Shown: positions 29,533 through 40,089 of the stretch, piece after piece | How the letters are laid out: each line of letters opens with the position of its first letter | Position numbering within the stretch: the first letter of the stretch is position 1 | Assembly (NCBI GenBank): GCA_965652925.1 | Contig: CBFGXL010000004.1 | Location: 358 to 64,357 of the forward strand | DNA: 64,000 nucleotides | Reading direction: 5' to 3' | Source: an uncultured bacterium | Lineage (GTDB): Bacteria; Patescibacteriota; Minisyncoccia; Phycocordibacterales; UBA918 | Notes under the pieces: model-generated | The model's input: the letters and a program-made list of their open reading frames with translations, nothing else | What the model was told of the DNA's origin: nothing | Databases searched by the model: none | Made by a program: the position numbers and the translations under genes

Positions 29533-29605
29533 TGCTCAGAGTCAGGCTCGAACTGACGACCCTTCCCTCTTCAGGGGAATGCTCTACCAACTGAGCTATC
29601 TGAGC
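29533..29605 (-). tRNA. tRNA-Phe (GAA)
   Basis: Cloverleaf; TTCCC-CTGAAGA-GGGAA. Confidence 0.95.
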
Positions 29606-29662
29606 GGCGTACTGTTTTTCAACAGTCGTGCCATTGTACCGGTTTTTAAGGTTTTTTCAATC

Positions 29663-29965
29663 CTATTCTTTCCCCGCTTTTATGGCTTCAACAGTCTCCG
29701 TAAATTGCTTCCACCCAGGGATTTCCTGCATGCCGGCGCTGAACGTCTCATACGAAGAACCCATGGCAGTGAAGTACGGTTCGAGGACATAAAAGTATAG
29801 TGCGAACGGCAATCCAATGAGCAAAATGTACCATGCTACACGCGTCCAAAACTCTATGAGTCCGTTTCGATGAATCTTATGCAAAAGTCTGTTGTTTTCC
29901 TTAAGGATTGCGGTGTTTTCCAAGATCAGCCGTTTAAGCTCCGCGTGATCGTTTTCATGTTCCAT
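29663..29965 (-). CDS. Hypothetical membrane protein
   Basis: Coiled N-terminus and one TM helix; TG-C-TATAAT 7 nt before the ATG at 29965. Confidence 0.75.
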   Translation of the reverse strand: MEHENDHAELKRLILENTAILKENNRLLHKIHRNGLIEFWTRVAWYILLIGLPFALYFYVLEPYFTAMGSSYETFSAGMQEIPGWKQFTETVEAIKAGKE

Positions 29966-30032
29966 GCGCATTATTATAGCAGAGCACTCTGAATGCTTAT
30001 CTCTTATTCTGTGGTAGAGTATCCCTGCTTAT

Positions 30033-30104
30033 GCCTTCATAGCTCAATGGATAGAGCAGTCCCGTCCTAAGGGAAAGATGTAGGTTCGATTCCTGCTGAG
30101 GGCA
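30033..30104 (+). tRNA. tRNA-Arg (CCT)
   Basis: Cloverleaf; anticodon loop GTCCTAA; T-loop TTCGATT. Confidence 0.92.
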
Positions 30105-30180
30105 CCCGTATAAAAAGGACCAGTTTCACACTGGTCTTTTTTATATGGGCTTAAGGAATCGAAGAGGCTGACTAGTCTCT
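30105..30180 (+). repeat. Truncated tRNA-trailer element of tRNA-Arg
   Basis: Hairpin, then AGGAATCGAA (30154-30163), the reverse complement of T-arm 30085-30094, followed by GAGG as in module C. Confidence 0.6.
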
Positions 30181-30235
30181 TACAAATGAAAATGACCCTT
30201 AGGTGGGTCATTTTCAATGCCAAACAATGTCTTGC

Positions 30236-30472
30236 TTATACAGCAAGCAGCTCTCTAACTTTATCTTCGTCAAATCCCACCACCACATCATTATCGATGC
30301 GGATGACGGGCACACCCATTTGTCCGGTCATTTCGATCATTTCCTGACGTTTCACCTGATCAGAAGCAACATCGAATTCAGTATATGCAACATTGTGCTC
30401 CTTAAAGAACTCCTTCGCAGCCTGACAAAAATGGCACACGGGAGTGCTGTAAATTGTTACTGTTTTTTCCAT
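30236..30472 (-). CDS. Glutaredoxin-like protein (NrdH/YruB type)
   Basis: IYSTPVCHFC, GQMGVPVI, VGFD. Confidence 0.92.
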   Translation of the reverse strand: MEKTVTIYSTPVCHFCQAAKEFFKEHNVAYTEFDVASDQVKRQEMIEMTGQMGVPVIRIDNDVVVGFDEDKVRELLAV

Positions 30473-30511
30473 AGGTATGTAGTATATCACACGTGCTATG
30501 TCCACACCTAA

Positions 30512-30877
30512 TCACCAGAACTGATACCATGGTTTTTTTGGCTCAATAGGTACCACCGGCTCGACTTTCTCCTCCTCCCCCACAATGATGATTACTTGTT
30601 CGCCTTCTTTTGCTACATCAAAATGCTTGCGGATTTCTTCTTCGATGCCCCGCTCTCCAGAAAGGTACTCCACCCGCTGCTCAAGCTGATTCTTCCGTTC
30701 CATGAGCTGGGCTTTTTTCTGTTCTGTCTCATGTTTCCGTTGTGCCATTTCCCGTTCAACTGTAAAACGCGCATACACCGCCACGCTTAAAAAGACTACC
30801 AAAATTCCCAAAATCACGAGCACTGGCCGTGAGTAGAGGTAGTCGGTAATTCTTCTCTTCTTGCCGAAGCTTGCCAT
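30512..30877 (-). CDS. Septum formation initiator (FtsB/DivIC family)
   Basis: TM helix, coiled coil, IEEEIRKHFDVAKEGE. Confidence 0.8.
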   Translation of the reverse strand: MASFGKKRRITDYLYSRPVLVILGILVVFLSVAVYARFTVEREMAQRKHETEQKKAQLMERKNQLEQRVEYLSGERGIEEEIRKHFDVAKEGEQVIIIVGEEEKVEPVVPIEPKKPWYQFW

Positions 30878-30926
30878 GTGGTATCATTCTAGCATTCTTT
30901 AAAGACACGTTAACATACAGAGCTAC

Positions 30927-31049
30927 ATGAGTTTTCTTTTCCACAAACGAACCAAATCAGCCATTAAATGGATATGGATAGTGATCGCCATTCTTATCAT
31001 ACTCAGCATGGTATTCGCATACTCAGGAGGAAGCGGTGGTCTATTCTAA
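30927..31049 (+). CDS. Small single-TM protein (40 aa), absent from the ORF track
   Basis: MSFLFHKRTKSAIKWIWIVIAILIILSMVFAYSGGSGGLF followed by terminator AAAAGACCGGAC..GTCCGGTCTTTTTT. Confidence 0.65.
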   Translation: MSFLFHKRTKSAIKWIWIVIAILIILSMVFAYSGGSGGLF

Positions 31050-31109
31050 AAAAGACCGGACAGTCGTCCGGTCTTTTTTATTCTTATTTTTTGAGAGTAT
31101 ACTGTCTTT

Positions 31110-31742
31110 ATGCGTATCACAAAACTAGGCCATTGTTGCCTCATATTAGAAGAAAAAGGTGTGAAAATCCTTACAGATCCAGGTGCTTTCACCACTGCAC
31201 AGGATGAAGTGAGTGGTATAGATATCATTTTGATAACTCATGAACATTTTGATCACTACCATGTGCCATCGCTCACAAAAGTTTTGAAGAACAACCCTGA
31301 AGCGGTTGTGGTCACAAACAAGGCGGTGGGCTCACTCTTAGAGAAAGAAGGAATTTTATACACAGTAGTCGGAGACGGGGACTCCACAGAAATAAAAGGC
31401 CTCACTATCGAGGGCTTCGGAACAGAACATGGAAAAGTATACGGCAACTTGCCTGCGGTTGAGAACACGGGATATCTTGTATCAAGCAGATTCTACTTTC
31501 CTGGCGATGCGCTTCACAACCCACAAAGACAAATTGATATTCTCGCCCTTCCGGTTGCTGGACCTTGGCTCAAGATGTCTGAAGTGATCGCCTACGCACA
31601 AGAGGTCGCACCTCGAGTTGCTTTCCCCGTACATGATGGTTGGAAACCTCAGGAAGTATGGCAAAAATTCCCCTCTCAGATCTTACCTGAGATGGGTATT
31701 GATTTCGTCATTCTCAAAGACGGAGAAACTCAAGAGTTTTAA
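31110..31742 (+). CDS. MBL-fold metallo-hydrolase
   Basis: GHCC, TDPG, THEHFDH, PGD and PVH motifs. Confidence 0.9.
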   Translation: MRITKLGHCCLILEEKGVKILTDPGAFTTAQDEVSGIDIILITHEHFDHYHVPSLTKVLKNNPEAVVVTNKAVGSLLEKEGILYTVVGDGDSTEIKGLTIEGFGTEHGKVYGNLPAVENTGYLVSSRFYFPGDALHNPQRQIDILALPVAGPWLKMSEVIAYAQEVAPRVAFPVHDGWKPQEVWQKFPSQILPEMGIDFVILKDGETQEF

Positions 31743-31799
31743 AAAGTCTTATTATCTGGTTTAGAATTCAAAAATACCAGTCAAAGTCTAAAGAGCTAC

Positions 31800-33590
31800 C
31801 TATTCGTCGCTCTTTACCATTTTCATGAAGACCTCTGGTGGTATATTTACCTTTCCATAGGCAAGCATTCGTTTCTTTCCCTTCTTCTGCTTCTCGCGCA
31901 GTTTCATCTTTCGGGTTATGTCTCCGCCGTAGAGATAACCTGTTACGTCTTTCTTCATTGCAGAAAGCGAACGTGAGGCGATGATGCGTCCCATGGTCTT
32001 TGCCTGTATTTTAACAACGAACATCTGACGTGGAAGTGTGGTATAGAGTTTTTCAACAACTGCTTTTGCCTCGGTCTCAGCCCGGCGGATACCGATCACG
32101 CGGGAGAACGCAGGCACAATCTCCTCAGCAACGAGAACATCAAGCCGTGCAACTGACGCAGGGCGAACCTCGACAATCTCGTATGAAAGCGAGGCATAGC
32201 CACTTGATGCATTTTTGAGCTTATCGAAAAAACCGCGCATAAGCTCACGCAATGGCATCTCAACAGTCAAAAGCGTACGGCCATCACCAAACACCTCCGT
32301 TTCAAGCACCGTTCCCTCATGGTCATACAGAAGCGTCATAACATTTCCCATGTAATCGGGGGGCATAATGATCGAGGCCAAGATCCACGGTTCCCGGACG
32401 GTTACTTTATCGTGAAAATCTGGAAACCGTGACGCAGCGTAAATTTCTTCGCTATGACCATCTTCATGTGTAACCTCGTATGAAATTGAAGGTGAGGTAA
32501 TGATAAGCTCGACATTGAACTCCCGCTTAAGGCGCTCAGTTATGATCTCCAGGTGAAGCATTCCCAAAAAACCGCAACGGAAACCCCGGCCTAAAACACC
32601 GGATGATTCCTCTTCATAAGAGAGAGAAGAGTCTGAAAGCTTCAAACGGTCAAGCGCTTGGCGGAGTATCGTGAAATCATCCTGGCTTTCAGGAAAGACC
32701 GACGCCCACACCACTGGTTTTGCCTCTTGGTAGCCGGGAAGCGGCTCTGAGACACTTTTCTCAAATACGATAGTGTCTCCTACAGAGGCAACGCCTGGCT
32801 CCTTAATGCCAGTTACAATATAGCCGATCTCCCCAGAAGAGAGCGAAGGTACAGGCACTTCACTTGGTGCAAGCATGCCAACTTCCAGAGCCTGAAACGT
32901 CTTTCCGCTTATTGCAAACTTCAGCTGATCCCCTTTTTTGACGGTACCGTCAAAAACGCGCAAATATACAATGATACCTCTGTGATTTGAGTACTGAAAA
33001 TCAAAGATAAGACCGCGTAAATTTGTTCCTTCTGTTGCACGCGGCGCAGGAATGCGTTCGCAAATCGCATCAAGAAGATCAGTAACTCCCTCCCCGGTCT
33101 TTCCTGACACTCGAAGAATGGAATCAGCATCACAGTCAAGCAGCTTTACAATTTCCTCGCCAACTTCAGCAATACGCGCGTGCGGCACATCCACTTTTGT
33201 TAAAACAGGAATGATCGTAAGGTTCTGCTCCTTCGCCATCTGCAAAACGCTCAGTGTCTGTGCCTGTACTCCCTGCGTGCTGTCAACAAGAAGAAGTACG
33301 CCTTCAACGGCATTGAGCGCACGCGACACTTCATAAGAAAAATCTATGTGCCCAGGCGTGTCGATGAGGTTAAGCTCAAACGGCACACCGTTGTGAGTAT
33401 ATGACATCCGTACCGGCTGCATCTTGATGGTAATGCCACGCTCGCGCTCAAGATCCATCGAATCAAGCACCTGCTCTTTCATCAGGCGTGCTTCAACCGT
33501 TTTTGTCTCTTCAAGCATGCGGTCAGCAAGGGTCGATTTGCCGTGGTCGATATGTGCAATAATGCTGAAGTTTCTGATCTGCGGCTTCAT
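31800..33590 (-). CDS. lepA: Elongation factor 4
   Basis: IRNFSIIAHIDHGKSTLADR, GFRCGFLGMLH, KDVT...GGDITRKMKL. Confidence 0.98.
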   Translation of the reverse strand: MKPQIRNFSIIAHIDHGKSTLADRMLEETKTVEARLMKEQVLDSMDLERERGITIKMQPVRMSYTHNGVPFELNLIDTPGHIDFSYEVSRALNAVEGVLLLVDSTQGVQAQTLSVLQMAKEQNLTIIPVLTKVDVPHARIAEVGEEIVKLLDCDADSILRVSGKTGEGVTDLLDAICERIPAPRATEGTNLRGLIFDFQYSNHRGIIVYLRVFDGTVKKGDQLKFAISGKTFQALEVGMLAPSEVPVPSLSSGEIGYIVTGIKEPGVASVGDTIVFEKSVSEPLPGYQEAKPVVWASVFPESQDDFTILRQALDRLKLSDSSLSYEEESSGVLGRGFRCGFLGMLHLEIITERLKREFNVELIITSPSISYEVTHEDGHSEEIYAASRFPDFHDKVTVREPWILASIIMPPDYMGNVMTLLYDHEGTVLETEVFGDGRTLLTVEMPLRELMRGFFDKLKNASSGYASLSYEIVEVRPASVARLDVLVAEEIVPAFSRVIGIRRAETEAKAVVEKLYTTLPRQMFVVKIQAKTMGRIIASRSLSAMKKDVTGYLYGGDITRKMKLREKQKKGKKRMLAYGKVNIPPEVFMKMVKSDE

Positions 33591-33605
33591 AATGGTCCGC
33601 GTACT

Positions 33606-35282
33606 TTACAGTACATCCTCTTGCGGCGCAACGACATCAGTCTTGAATATACGTCGATGGAATGCCTTATATATCTCCTGAAGCTCAGGCGAGCGGAGCA
33701 TGTGATAAGTCAAAATCACTCCGACAATGCCTACCCCGCCGCCAAGCATTCCCTGGATGAGAATACCGAGGAAAGAAGCCTCGTTGATACCTCCAACAAA
33801 GAAGTTGAGAGTGGCATACGCACACAAAGAGCCCACCAAAGTTGCCAAAAAAGCTCTGCCGAGGTTTGAGGAAAGCCATACAAGAGGTATCGAGAAACTT
33901 CGCACAGCACAAAAGAACAACACCAACGTCTGTGCGCAGATTGCAATGCTGTAGGAGAGCGCCACAATGACCACTTCAGAGCCGGACACTCCTTCAATGC
34001 GAAGCAAGGATCCGAGCACAGAGACAAAGCCGGGGTAGTTGACATACATGCCGTACATGAAGAATGTCAGAGCAACAGCGAACAGCGAACCGACAAACGT
34101 GACGACAAATGGCGTTTTAGTATTACCGCCTGCATAGAATGCACGAACAATGAGGAGGTTGATCGCCTGGGCAAAAAGAGACAGGCAGAGAAGTGCGAGT
34201 GTTGCTGCTGTCAGACGTGTATCTCCCCAATCAAATGCGCCGCTTCCAAGTACCACACGGACCAATTGTGCACGAAGGACTATAACAAGTCCTATTGCCG
34301 GCACCGACCAGAAAATAATATGGCGCAGGGCTGTGACAATGTGAAGCCGGAATGCATCCATTTTCTTCTGCGCAAACAGATCAGCCAAAAAAGGAAACGC
34401 GGCAATAGAGTAACTCGCTCCAATGACGGCAAGCGGCACCGACTGTAGATTGTATGCTAACTGAAACACCGCAACGGAACCCACGGTCATGAGACTAGTG
34501 ATACCGATCAATACCAAAAGAACTATCTGATGCATGGCAAGCGTTATAGCGCGCGGAACCGAAACGCCGAGCACTTGTTTGATGAGCGGAAAAGAAACTG
34601 TTGTGGTGAAACCGAACGAGAGATTACTCTTCTGAACCAAGGGAAGTTGGACGAGCATATGTCCTAACGCGCCCAACACTACGCCAAGTGCCAATCCGGA
34701 AAGTCCCATGTATGGATACAAAAAAACAATGCCGGCGATGATACCGATATTATAAATAAGCGGACTTACTGCATAGAGCACAAATCGGTGTCCGAGCTGC
34801 GTAACCACACCGAACAAGCTCGAGATACCAAGCAGCATTGGCTGCAAAAGCAGGATACGCGTAAGTGTTACAAGCTCCTCCTGATGCTCCACCATGCCAG
34901 GAAAAAGCAAAGGGAGAATGAAGGGTGCACACACAGCGATGAAAAGCGCCAGAACTGTGTACACTGCAAGGAACACGCTAAACACCTGACTTAAAAGTTG
35001 TCGTGCTGAGGACGCATCGTCACCTTTAATGCGGCTCGCAACAAAAGGAATGAGCACATACACTGACAAAGTTGAGGCGAACAGCACATACAAGAGATCG
35101 GGTATTCGGAACGCAGCATAGTACAGGTCAAGCTCAACACCAGCACCGAATTCGTGAGCAAGCATGCGGTCCCGCACAAGTGCAAGAAGTTGTGAACCGA
35201 AAGTGAAAAGCCCAAGAACGTACGCGGCCTGATGCAGGCCGCGTACTTCTTTGTATACTATCTCGAACACCTTCTTTACCAT
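33606..35282 (-). CDS. murJ: Lipid II flippase MurJ
   Basis: RDRMLAHEFGAG, AFRIPD, RAFYA; multiple TM helices. Confidence 0.88.
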   Translation of the reverse strand: MVKKVFEIVYKEVRGLHQAAYVLGLFTFGSQLLALVRDRMLAHEFGAGVELDLYYAAFRIPDLLYVLFASTLSVYVLIPFVASRIKGDDASSARQLLSQVFSVFLAVYTVLALFIAVCAPFILPLLFPGMVEHQEELVTLTRILLLQPMLLGISSLFGVVTQLGHRFVLYAVSPLIYNIGIIAGIVFLYPYMGLSGLALGVVLGALGHMLVQLPLVQKSNLSFGFTTTVSFPLIKQVLGVSVPRAITLAMHQIVLLVLIGITSLMTVGSVAVFQLAYNLQSVPLAVIGASYSIAAFPFLADLFAQKKMDAFRLHIVTALRHIIFWSVPAIGLVIVLRAQLVRVVLGSGAFDWGDTRLTAATLALLCLSLFAQAINLLIVRAFYAGGNTKTPFVVTFVGSLFAVALTFFMYGMYVNYPGFVSVLGSLLRIEGVSGSEVVIVALSYSIAICAQTLVLFFCAVRSFSIPLVWLSSNLGRAFLATLVGSLCAYATLNFFVGGINEASFLGILIQGMLGGGVGIVGVILTYHMLRSPELQEIYKAFHRRIFKTDVVAPQEDVL

Positions 35283-35290
35283 GTGCTTCT

Positions 35291-37780
35291 TTATTGCTGC
35301 TGTGTTTCTACATCGGCATCTTCCTCGCTATCAATGATATTCACGGGGGAAACAAGCGACGTGTCAGGAGTTTCGGTGGTTGTTATCGCATCATCTTCAG
35401 CACTCACCGTCTGAGGTTCATCAACCTGTCCAGTCGTCTCAGGAGCAAGGATAAGCGGCTGCCCAGACTGCAGCTGAGCAATAAGTGTCTCCACTTCGAC
35501 ATTGCCAGGGTTTAGCGCCAAGACTGCCTGCAGTTGAGCAATCGCCCCTTTTGTGTCACCTTTTTGAGCGAGAGAAAGTGCGAGGAAATAGCGAGCATTG
35601 GCATAATTGGTATCAAGTTCTATTGCTTTATTAAAAGCCACAATCGAACCATCAATATCACCGCTTGCGGCAAGCAATACGCCAAGCTGATAGTGCCGGG
35701 CAGGGTTGTTCGGTTCAAGAGAAGTGATCGCTCGGGTTGTTGCAACAGCGTTATCGGTTTTTCCTTCGGCAATATCTATCTGCGTAAGAAAGAACAATGC
35801 ATCAGTGTAATTACGTTTAAGTGTAGCTGCCTCTTGCGCTTTTGTGCGCGCATTTTCAAGATCACCTGTTCGTGAAGCAAGCTGAGCTTCAAGAAGAGCA
35901 TAGAGAGGGTTCGCCGGATCAAATGACCTCGCTTTTGTGAAAGCTTCACCTGCCTTGTCTTGTGCACCTTCTACAGAAGCGGCCGCCAGAACACTGTAAA
36001 TGCTGCCGAGCATAGACCAGTTAAGTGAATCAGTCGGATCCTGATTTGTAGCAAGCATTGCTGCATCAATACCTGTCTGCACACTTGCCTGAAACTCAGC
36101 CTGCTGTTCCTCAGAAAGTTCAGGCAGTGATACAAGGGCATTGATCTTAGCAAGCTGATACGATGCAAGTTGGAGCGCATACGCCTCATTTTGAGAAAGT
36201 CGGTATGCTTCCACAATATCCTCTTCAATCTGTGCAATGTCCGCACCAACAACCTGTGCTGAAGACAGCGCTTTACCATACGTATGCACACCCGAATAAT
36301 GTCGAATGGTGTAGTACAGTGCGCTTGATGACCCGACAATGACGATCATGACAAAACCCACAAGCAGGATACCGGCTCGCTTATTTGAGGCGATAGAGAA
36401 CGAAAAGACTCTTGAGGGCACTGACACGCTGTATGCCGCAAATGTAACACTGGTAAGAATGCCAGCCAGGAGGATGATAGTTGCGCCCGGTACATACACA
36501 AAGGACATGACCCACAGATACGTCGATGCAACGAATGAAGAACTGCCTATGAAGTACCAGAAAGTATCTTCCCGTGTCGCTCTGAAAAGCATGCGGAAGC
36601 CTGCGTAGAAAAACAGGGAGAAAAAGACCAACCACGCAGCGATGCCAAGAATACCTGTAGTTGCGAAGAATGTTGTCAGATAGCCACTGGCACCCTTGAA
36701 ATCCGTTGCCCAAAATACCGTCTCATTGATCGCCGGGTCTTTGTAGAGACGCCAGGCATCAACGAATTTATTCGGTCCGATCCCAACAAACGCATTCTCC
36801 TTGAAAACATTCCGTGTTATTTCCATAGTTGAAGAGAATGATGGCCTCACCTCAATATATGAGATACCTGTCGCCTTTGAGATCATCCCTCCAATAGGAC
36901 CACTTCCGATAATAAAAAGAAGAGAAACAATAAAAACGAGTGTGGTAAGTACGATAGAAGGTATTGATATGCTTGTCTTTTTCCCTTCCAGAGTCATGGT
37001 CTTCTCAGCAAACCGATCCTTGGTGAGACTGTACATCAAGAGGACAAGGCTCACGAGCCCGAGAACGATCCAGACGGCATAGAAGTTGACCACCCCAAGC
37101 ATGATAAGCGCAAAAACGATAACTGTGGCAAACAGAGTTTTGCCTGAACGAGTAAGCGGTAGTTGTTCAAATGCAACTAGCGCTACAAGAATTGAGAGGC
37201 CGAAAAACAAAGCCAAGTCATTCCATCCCCCAATCGGCGTGGACACAAGATCACGCAAGAGTCCCAACGATAGCATTTCCGGCCCAAAAAACAGCCGCAG
37301 CAGGTGGAATACGCCGAGGACAACCGCACTTCCGGTTAACAGTACGTATAAGCGCATGATGCTTCCTTTGGTCTGACCAATAAGAAGCGTGACAGTTGCA
37401 ATGCCTGCTAGTAACACAAGAAACAAACTTGTATGCACGCCGATGTCATCTCCAATGAAGGCATCGCGCATATCTCCCGATAAGACAGCCGACACCACTG
37501 TTGCAAGGGCAACCCCCCATAAGCCCCACAAAGCAAGCGGGGCAGCAAGAGACACCTTGCCTGAGCGCAGGACCGACAAACTGAAAAAAATAACAGAGAG
37601 CAGTACGCCGACTATGACAAAAATGGTCTTTGCATAATCAAATGGTATGTACGAAACGGGAATAAAAAAAAGCGGAAGGACTCCAAACACAACCGCAATA
37701 ATGTTCTGTGCTATTTCTAACAATGTTTGTTCGATCGGATCCTTCGAGTCATTCTGCTTGAGCAATATTGTTTCCTGCAT
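35291..37780 (-). CDS. Polytopic membrane protein (O-antigen ligase-like) with C-terminal TPR repeats
   Basis: About 12 TM helices, GIGPNKF and TTGILG segments, TPR motifs (ITSLEPNN, AIELDTNYANARYFLA). Confidence 0.75.
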   Translation of the reverse strand: MQETILLKQNDSKDPIEQTLLEIAQNIIAVVFGVLPLFFIPVSYIPFDYAKTIFVIVGVLLSVIFFSLSVLRSGKVSLAAPLALWGLWGVALATVVSAVLSGDMRDAFIGDDIGVHTSLFLVLLAGIATVTLLIGQTKGSIMRLYVLLTGSAVVLGVFHLLRLFFGPEMLSLGLLRDLVSTPIGGWNDLALFFGLSILVALVAFEQLPLTRSGKTLFATVIVFALIMLGVVNFYAVWIVLGLVSLVLLMYSLTKDRFAEKTMTLEGKKTSISIPSIVLTTLVFIVSLLFIIGSGPIGGMISKATGISYIEVRPSFSSTMEITRNVFKENAFVGIGPNKFVDAWRLYKDPAINETVFWATDFKGASGYLTTFFATTGILGIAAWLVFFSLFFYAGFRMLFRATREDTFWYFIGSSSFVASTYLWVMSFVYVPGATIILLAGILTSVTFAAYSVSVPSRVFSFSIASNKRAGILLVGFVMIVIVGSSSALYYTIRHYSGVHTYGKALSSAQVVGADIAQIEEDIVEAYRLSQNEAYALQLASYQLAKINALVSLPELSEEQQAEFQASVQTGIDAAMLATNQDPTDSLNWSMLGSIYSVLAAASVEGAQDKAGEAFTKARSFDPANPLYALLEAQLASRTGDLENARTKAQEAATLKRNYTDALFFLTQIDIAEGKTDNAVATTRAITSLEPNNPARHYQLGVLLAASGDIDGSIVAFNKAIELDTNYANARYFLALSLAQKGDTKGAIAQLQAVLALNPGNVEVETLIAQLQSGQPLILAPETTGQVDEPQTVSAEDDAITTTETPDTSLVSPVNIIDSEEDADVETQQQ

Positions 37781-37900
37781 GGTTAAACACGGGCTTACCT
37801 CCTTTATAATACTTATAGGATAGCACGTATATCTCGCCTTGAATCACTCCGCAGGCGCTACCCGTGTAAAAGAAAAGCCCCATAAAATGGGGCACTTCTT

Positions 37901-38287
37901 CACGCTATAAGCCGGATTCTGTCTAGAATCAAAAGATTTCTAGGATGACCATATACCTGGGCTGCCTGTTGCCAGACAGCTCTTGCGGCTCTCCTGGCCG
38001 CATTTTTGGTTGGACATGCATCATATCTCCCCAAAAATGCGGCCAGGCGCGGCCTTGCACGCGAGTAAGGATTTAGCCGTTTCACCTCCCCTGTTGCCAG
38101 GAAAGCTCATCCCAAGGGGATGCCCGAGGCTTTCGCTTTGGGCGTCTCTGCTCGCACCTCGCTTTAAGAATGCATGAAGCCTCTTAAAGGACGGGAATTA
38201 CCCGCTACCCTGTTTGACGTACTTTCGCACGAAAGCGTGTCCGGACTTTCCTCCCCGATCATGTAGACCAGGGCGATCATCTGCGCG
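37901..38287 (-). ncRNA. rnpB: RNase P RNA
   Basis: Minus strand has GAGGAAAGTCCGGAC near the 5' end and ACAGAATCCGGCTTAT near the 3' end (P4 signatures); ends approximate. Confidence 0.93.
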
Positions 38288-38312
38288 GGGACATTATGCA
38301 ACATAAATAGTG

Positions 38313-38819
38313 TTATTGCAAATTTCTCTTTATATCTTCAGGAATGAGCGACGGGGGTAGTGTGAGCGTGTCTCCAACTTTTATCTTCAACGAGGAAACA
38401 AAAAATGCATTCATCTCAAGCACAAACCGCGCATCCAGGGGTGGCGAAAAGACCGTATGAGGATACGAGTCGGGTGAAGCATTCTCCACGATATGGATCA
38501 CTTTGAGATTCTTATCTATCCAAAGAATATCAATAGGAATGAGCATGTCCTTCATCCAAATACCGTGCTTTCCATCAGCGTCGAAAATGAACAGTTTCCC
38601 TTCCAGATCACGCAGACCTGATACTCCGCTCAGCCCAGCAATACGTTCATCGGTTTCGTCGGCAACAGTCACATCAATCGCGACAGAGGCGAGGTATATA
38701 GTATGCACCGGTTCATCACTGAACAATGCGTAACGAAGATCATCCCAGTAATTCTGGTACAAGTAGAGTGCCATGACTACACATATGACCATTATTGCTG
38801 TTTCAAAGAAAAATCGCAT
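38313..38819 (-). CDS. DUF192 domain protein
   Basis: GLSG, LFIF, WMKDMLIPIDILWID, FVLEMNA. Confidence 0.9.
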   Translation of the reverse strand: MRFFFETAIMVICVVMALYLYQNYWDDLRYALFSDEPVHTIYLASVAIDVTVADETDERIAGLSGVSGLRDLEGKLFIFDADGKHGIWMKDMLIPIDILWIDKNLKVIHIVENASPDSYPHTVFSPPLDARFVLEMNAFFVSSLKIKVGDTLTLPPSLIPEDIKRNLQ

Positions 38820-38825
38820 ATCTCT

Positions 38826-39233
38826 TTACCAAGGCCAATACTGGATAACAAATGCTCCCCCAACTACAAAAATGAAAAAGAAGCTTGCGTGTAAAAGAAA
38901 ATAGATAAGCGTTCTGCCTTCCTTCAGACACAGCGATGCGAGGAATGCACATACAAACAAAAATACATAGAGCGAGACATAAAATGGTGAAAGTGCAAGC
39001 AATGGTGAAAGCGCAAGCAGATATGAAAGCAAAGACAATAGTATGGCGTACGTTACTCCCATAAATAGGAGCTGCAGTGCTTCACTGTATTCTTTTTTCT
39101 GCGCCGAAGTGAGGGCGTGTTTCTCCCACACACCGCCAAATAAATAAGACGAATACCAGATAGTACTGATAGCAAGCATCAGGAAAGTACTCCCGATAAC
39201 TGCGATTTCATTTATGATCGTGAAAGGTGGCAT
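38826..39233 (-). CDS. DUF1761-like membrane protein
   Basis: IWYSSYLFGGVW motif, four TM helices; start MPPFTI. Confidence 0.7.
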   Translation of the reverse strand: MPPFTIINEIAVIGSTFLMLAISTIWYSSYLFGGVWEKHALTSAQKKEYSEALQLLFMGVTYAILLSLLSYLLALSPLLALSPFYVSLYVFLFVCAFLASLCLKEGRTLIYFLLHASFFFIFVVGGAFVIQYWPW

Positions 39234-39282
39234 GGGTACTTTCAGTATACCAGAGCACCAGAGGCGATGACACGGCGCGTGT

Positions 39283-40029
39283 TTAGGAAAGAGCGGTAGG
39301 GTGCGCGACACTCCATGCATAAAAAGCCACTGCTGCTGACGCTGATGCGTTGAGCGACTCTGTTCGTTTGTGCATCGGGATGCTGAGTATGACATCACAG
39401 TGCTCGCGCGTCTTCTGTCGTATGCCCTCCCCTTCATTGCCAAGCACAAAGACAGTTGGCTTGCGGAAATCCTCGTCAGGGAGTGCTGTATCCCCATGTG
39501 CATCAAGTCCGTAGACGAAGAAACCATCCTTCTTCAAGTGCTCGATTGCACGGTTCACATTGGGCACCTCAACGAGCGGCACCTTAAACGCCATCCCTGC
39601 CGAAACCTTCACCACCGTACCGGTGACGCCCGCTTGCCGATGTTTAGGTATGAGTACGCCAGAAAGGCCAAATGCTGCCGCTGATCGCACGATCGCTCCC
39701 ACATTATGTGGATCCTGTACTTCACCCAGAAGCGCCAGAGCAGTATCATCCTGCACAGACAGTGTTGCCCTGAAGTCATCAAATGACAGCACGAGCCGTT
39801 CCTTATCTATCTTGGCAATCATGCCCTGGTGCACGGCATGCTTATCAACCCCCCGCGGAACCGCATCGCCTTTGAAGTACTGCACCTTCTTAACTGAAGA
39901 GAGGAGCTTACTGCGCACCTCTTCCTTTACATCCTCCCGCAAAAAAACCTCAGCGATCACATCGCTTCGAAAAGTAAGCGCCTCGATCACCGCGTGCTTG
40001 CCGTAGATATATATGTATCGGTCATCCAT
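39283..40029 (-). CDS. rlmB: 23S rRNA (Gm2251) methyltransferase, TrmH family
   Basis: YGKHAV, HQG, QDPHNVGAIVRSA, GNEGEG, ESLNAS. Confidence 0.9.
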   Translation of the reverse strand: MDDRYIYIYGKHAVIEALTFRSDVIAEVFLREDVKEEVRSKLLSSVKKVQYFKGDAVPRGVDKHAVHQGMIAKIDKERLVLSFDDFRATLSVQDDTALALLGEVQDPHNVGAIVRSAAAFGLSGVLIPKHRQAGVTGTVVKVSAGMAFKVPLVEVPNVNRAIEHLKKDGFFVYGLDAHGDTALPDEDFRKPTVFVLGNEGEGIRQKTREHCDVILSIPMHKRTESLNASASAAVAFYAWSVAHPTALS

Positions 40030-40089
40030 GTCACTGTGAGCATACGGCAATTTGCAAAACACGCAAGATGTGTGCTCTAATGCGAGTCT

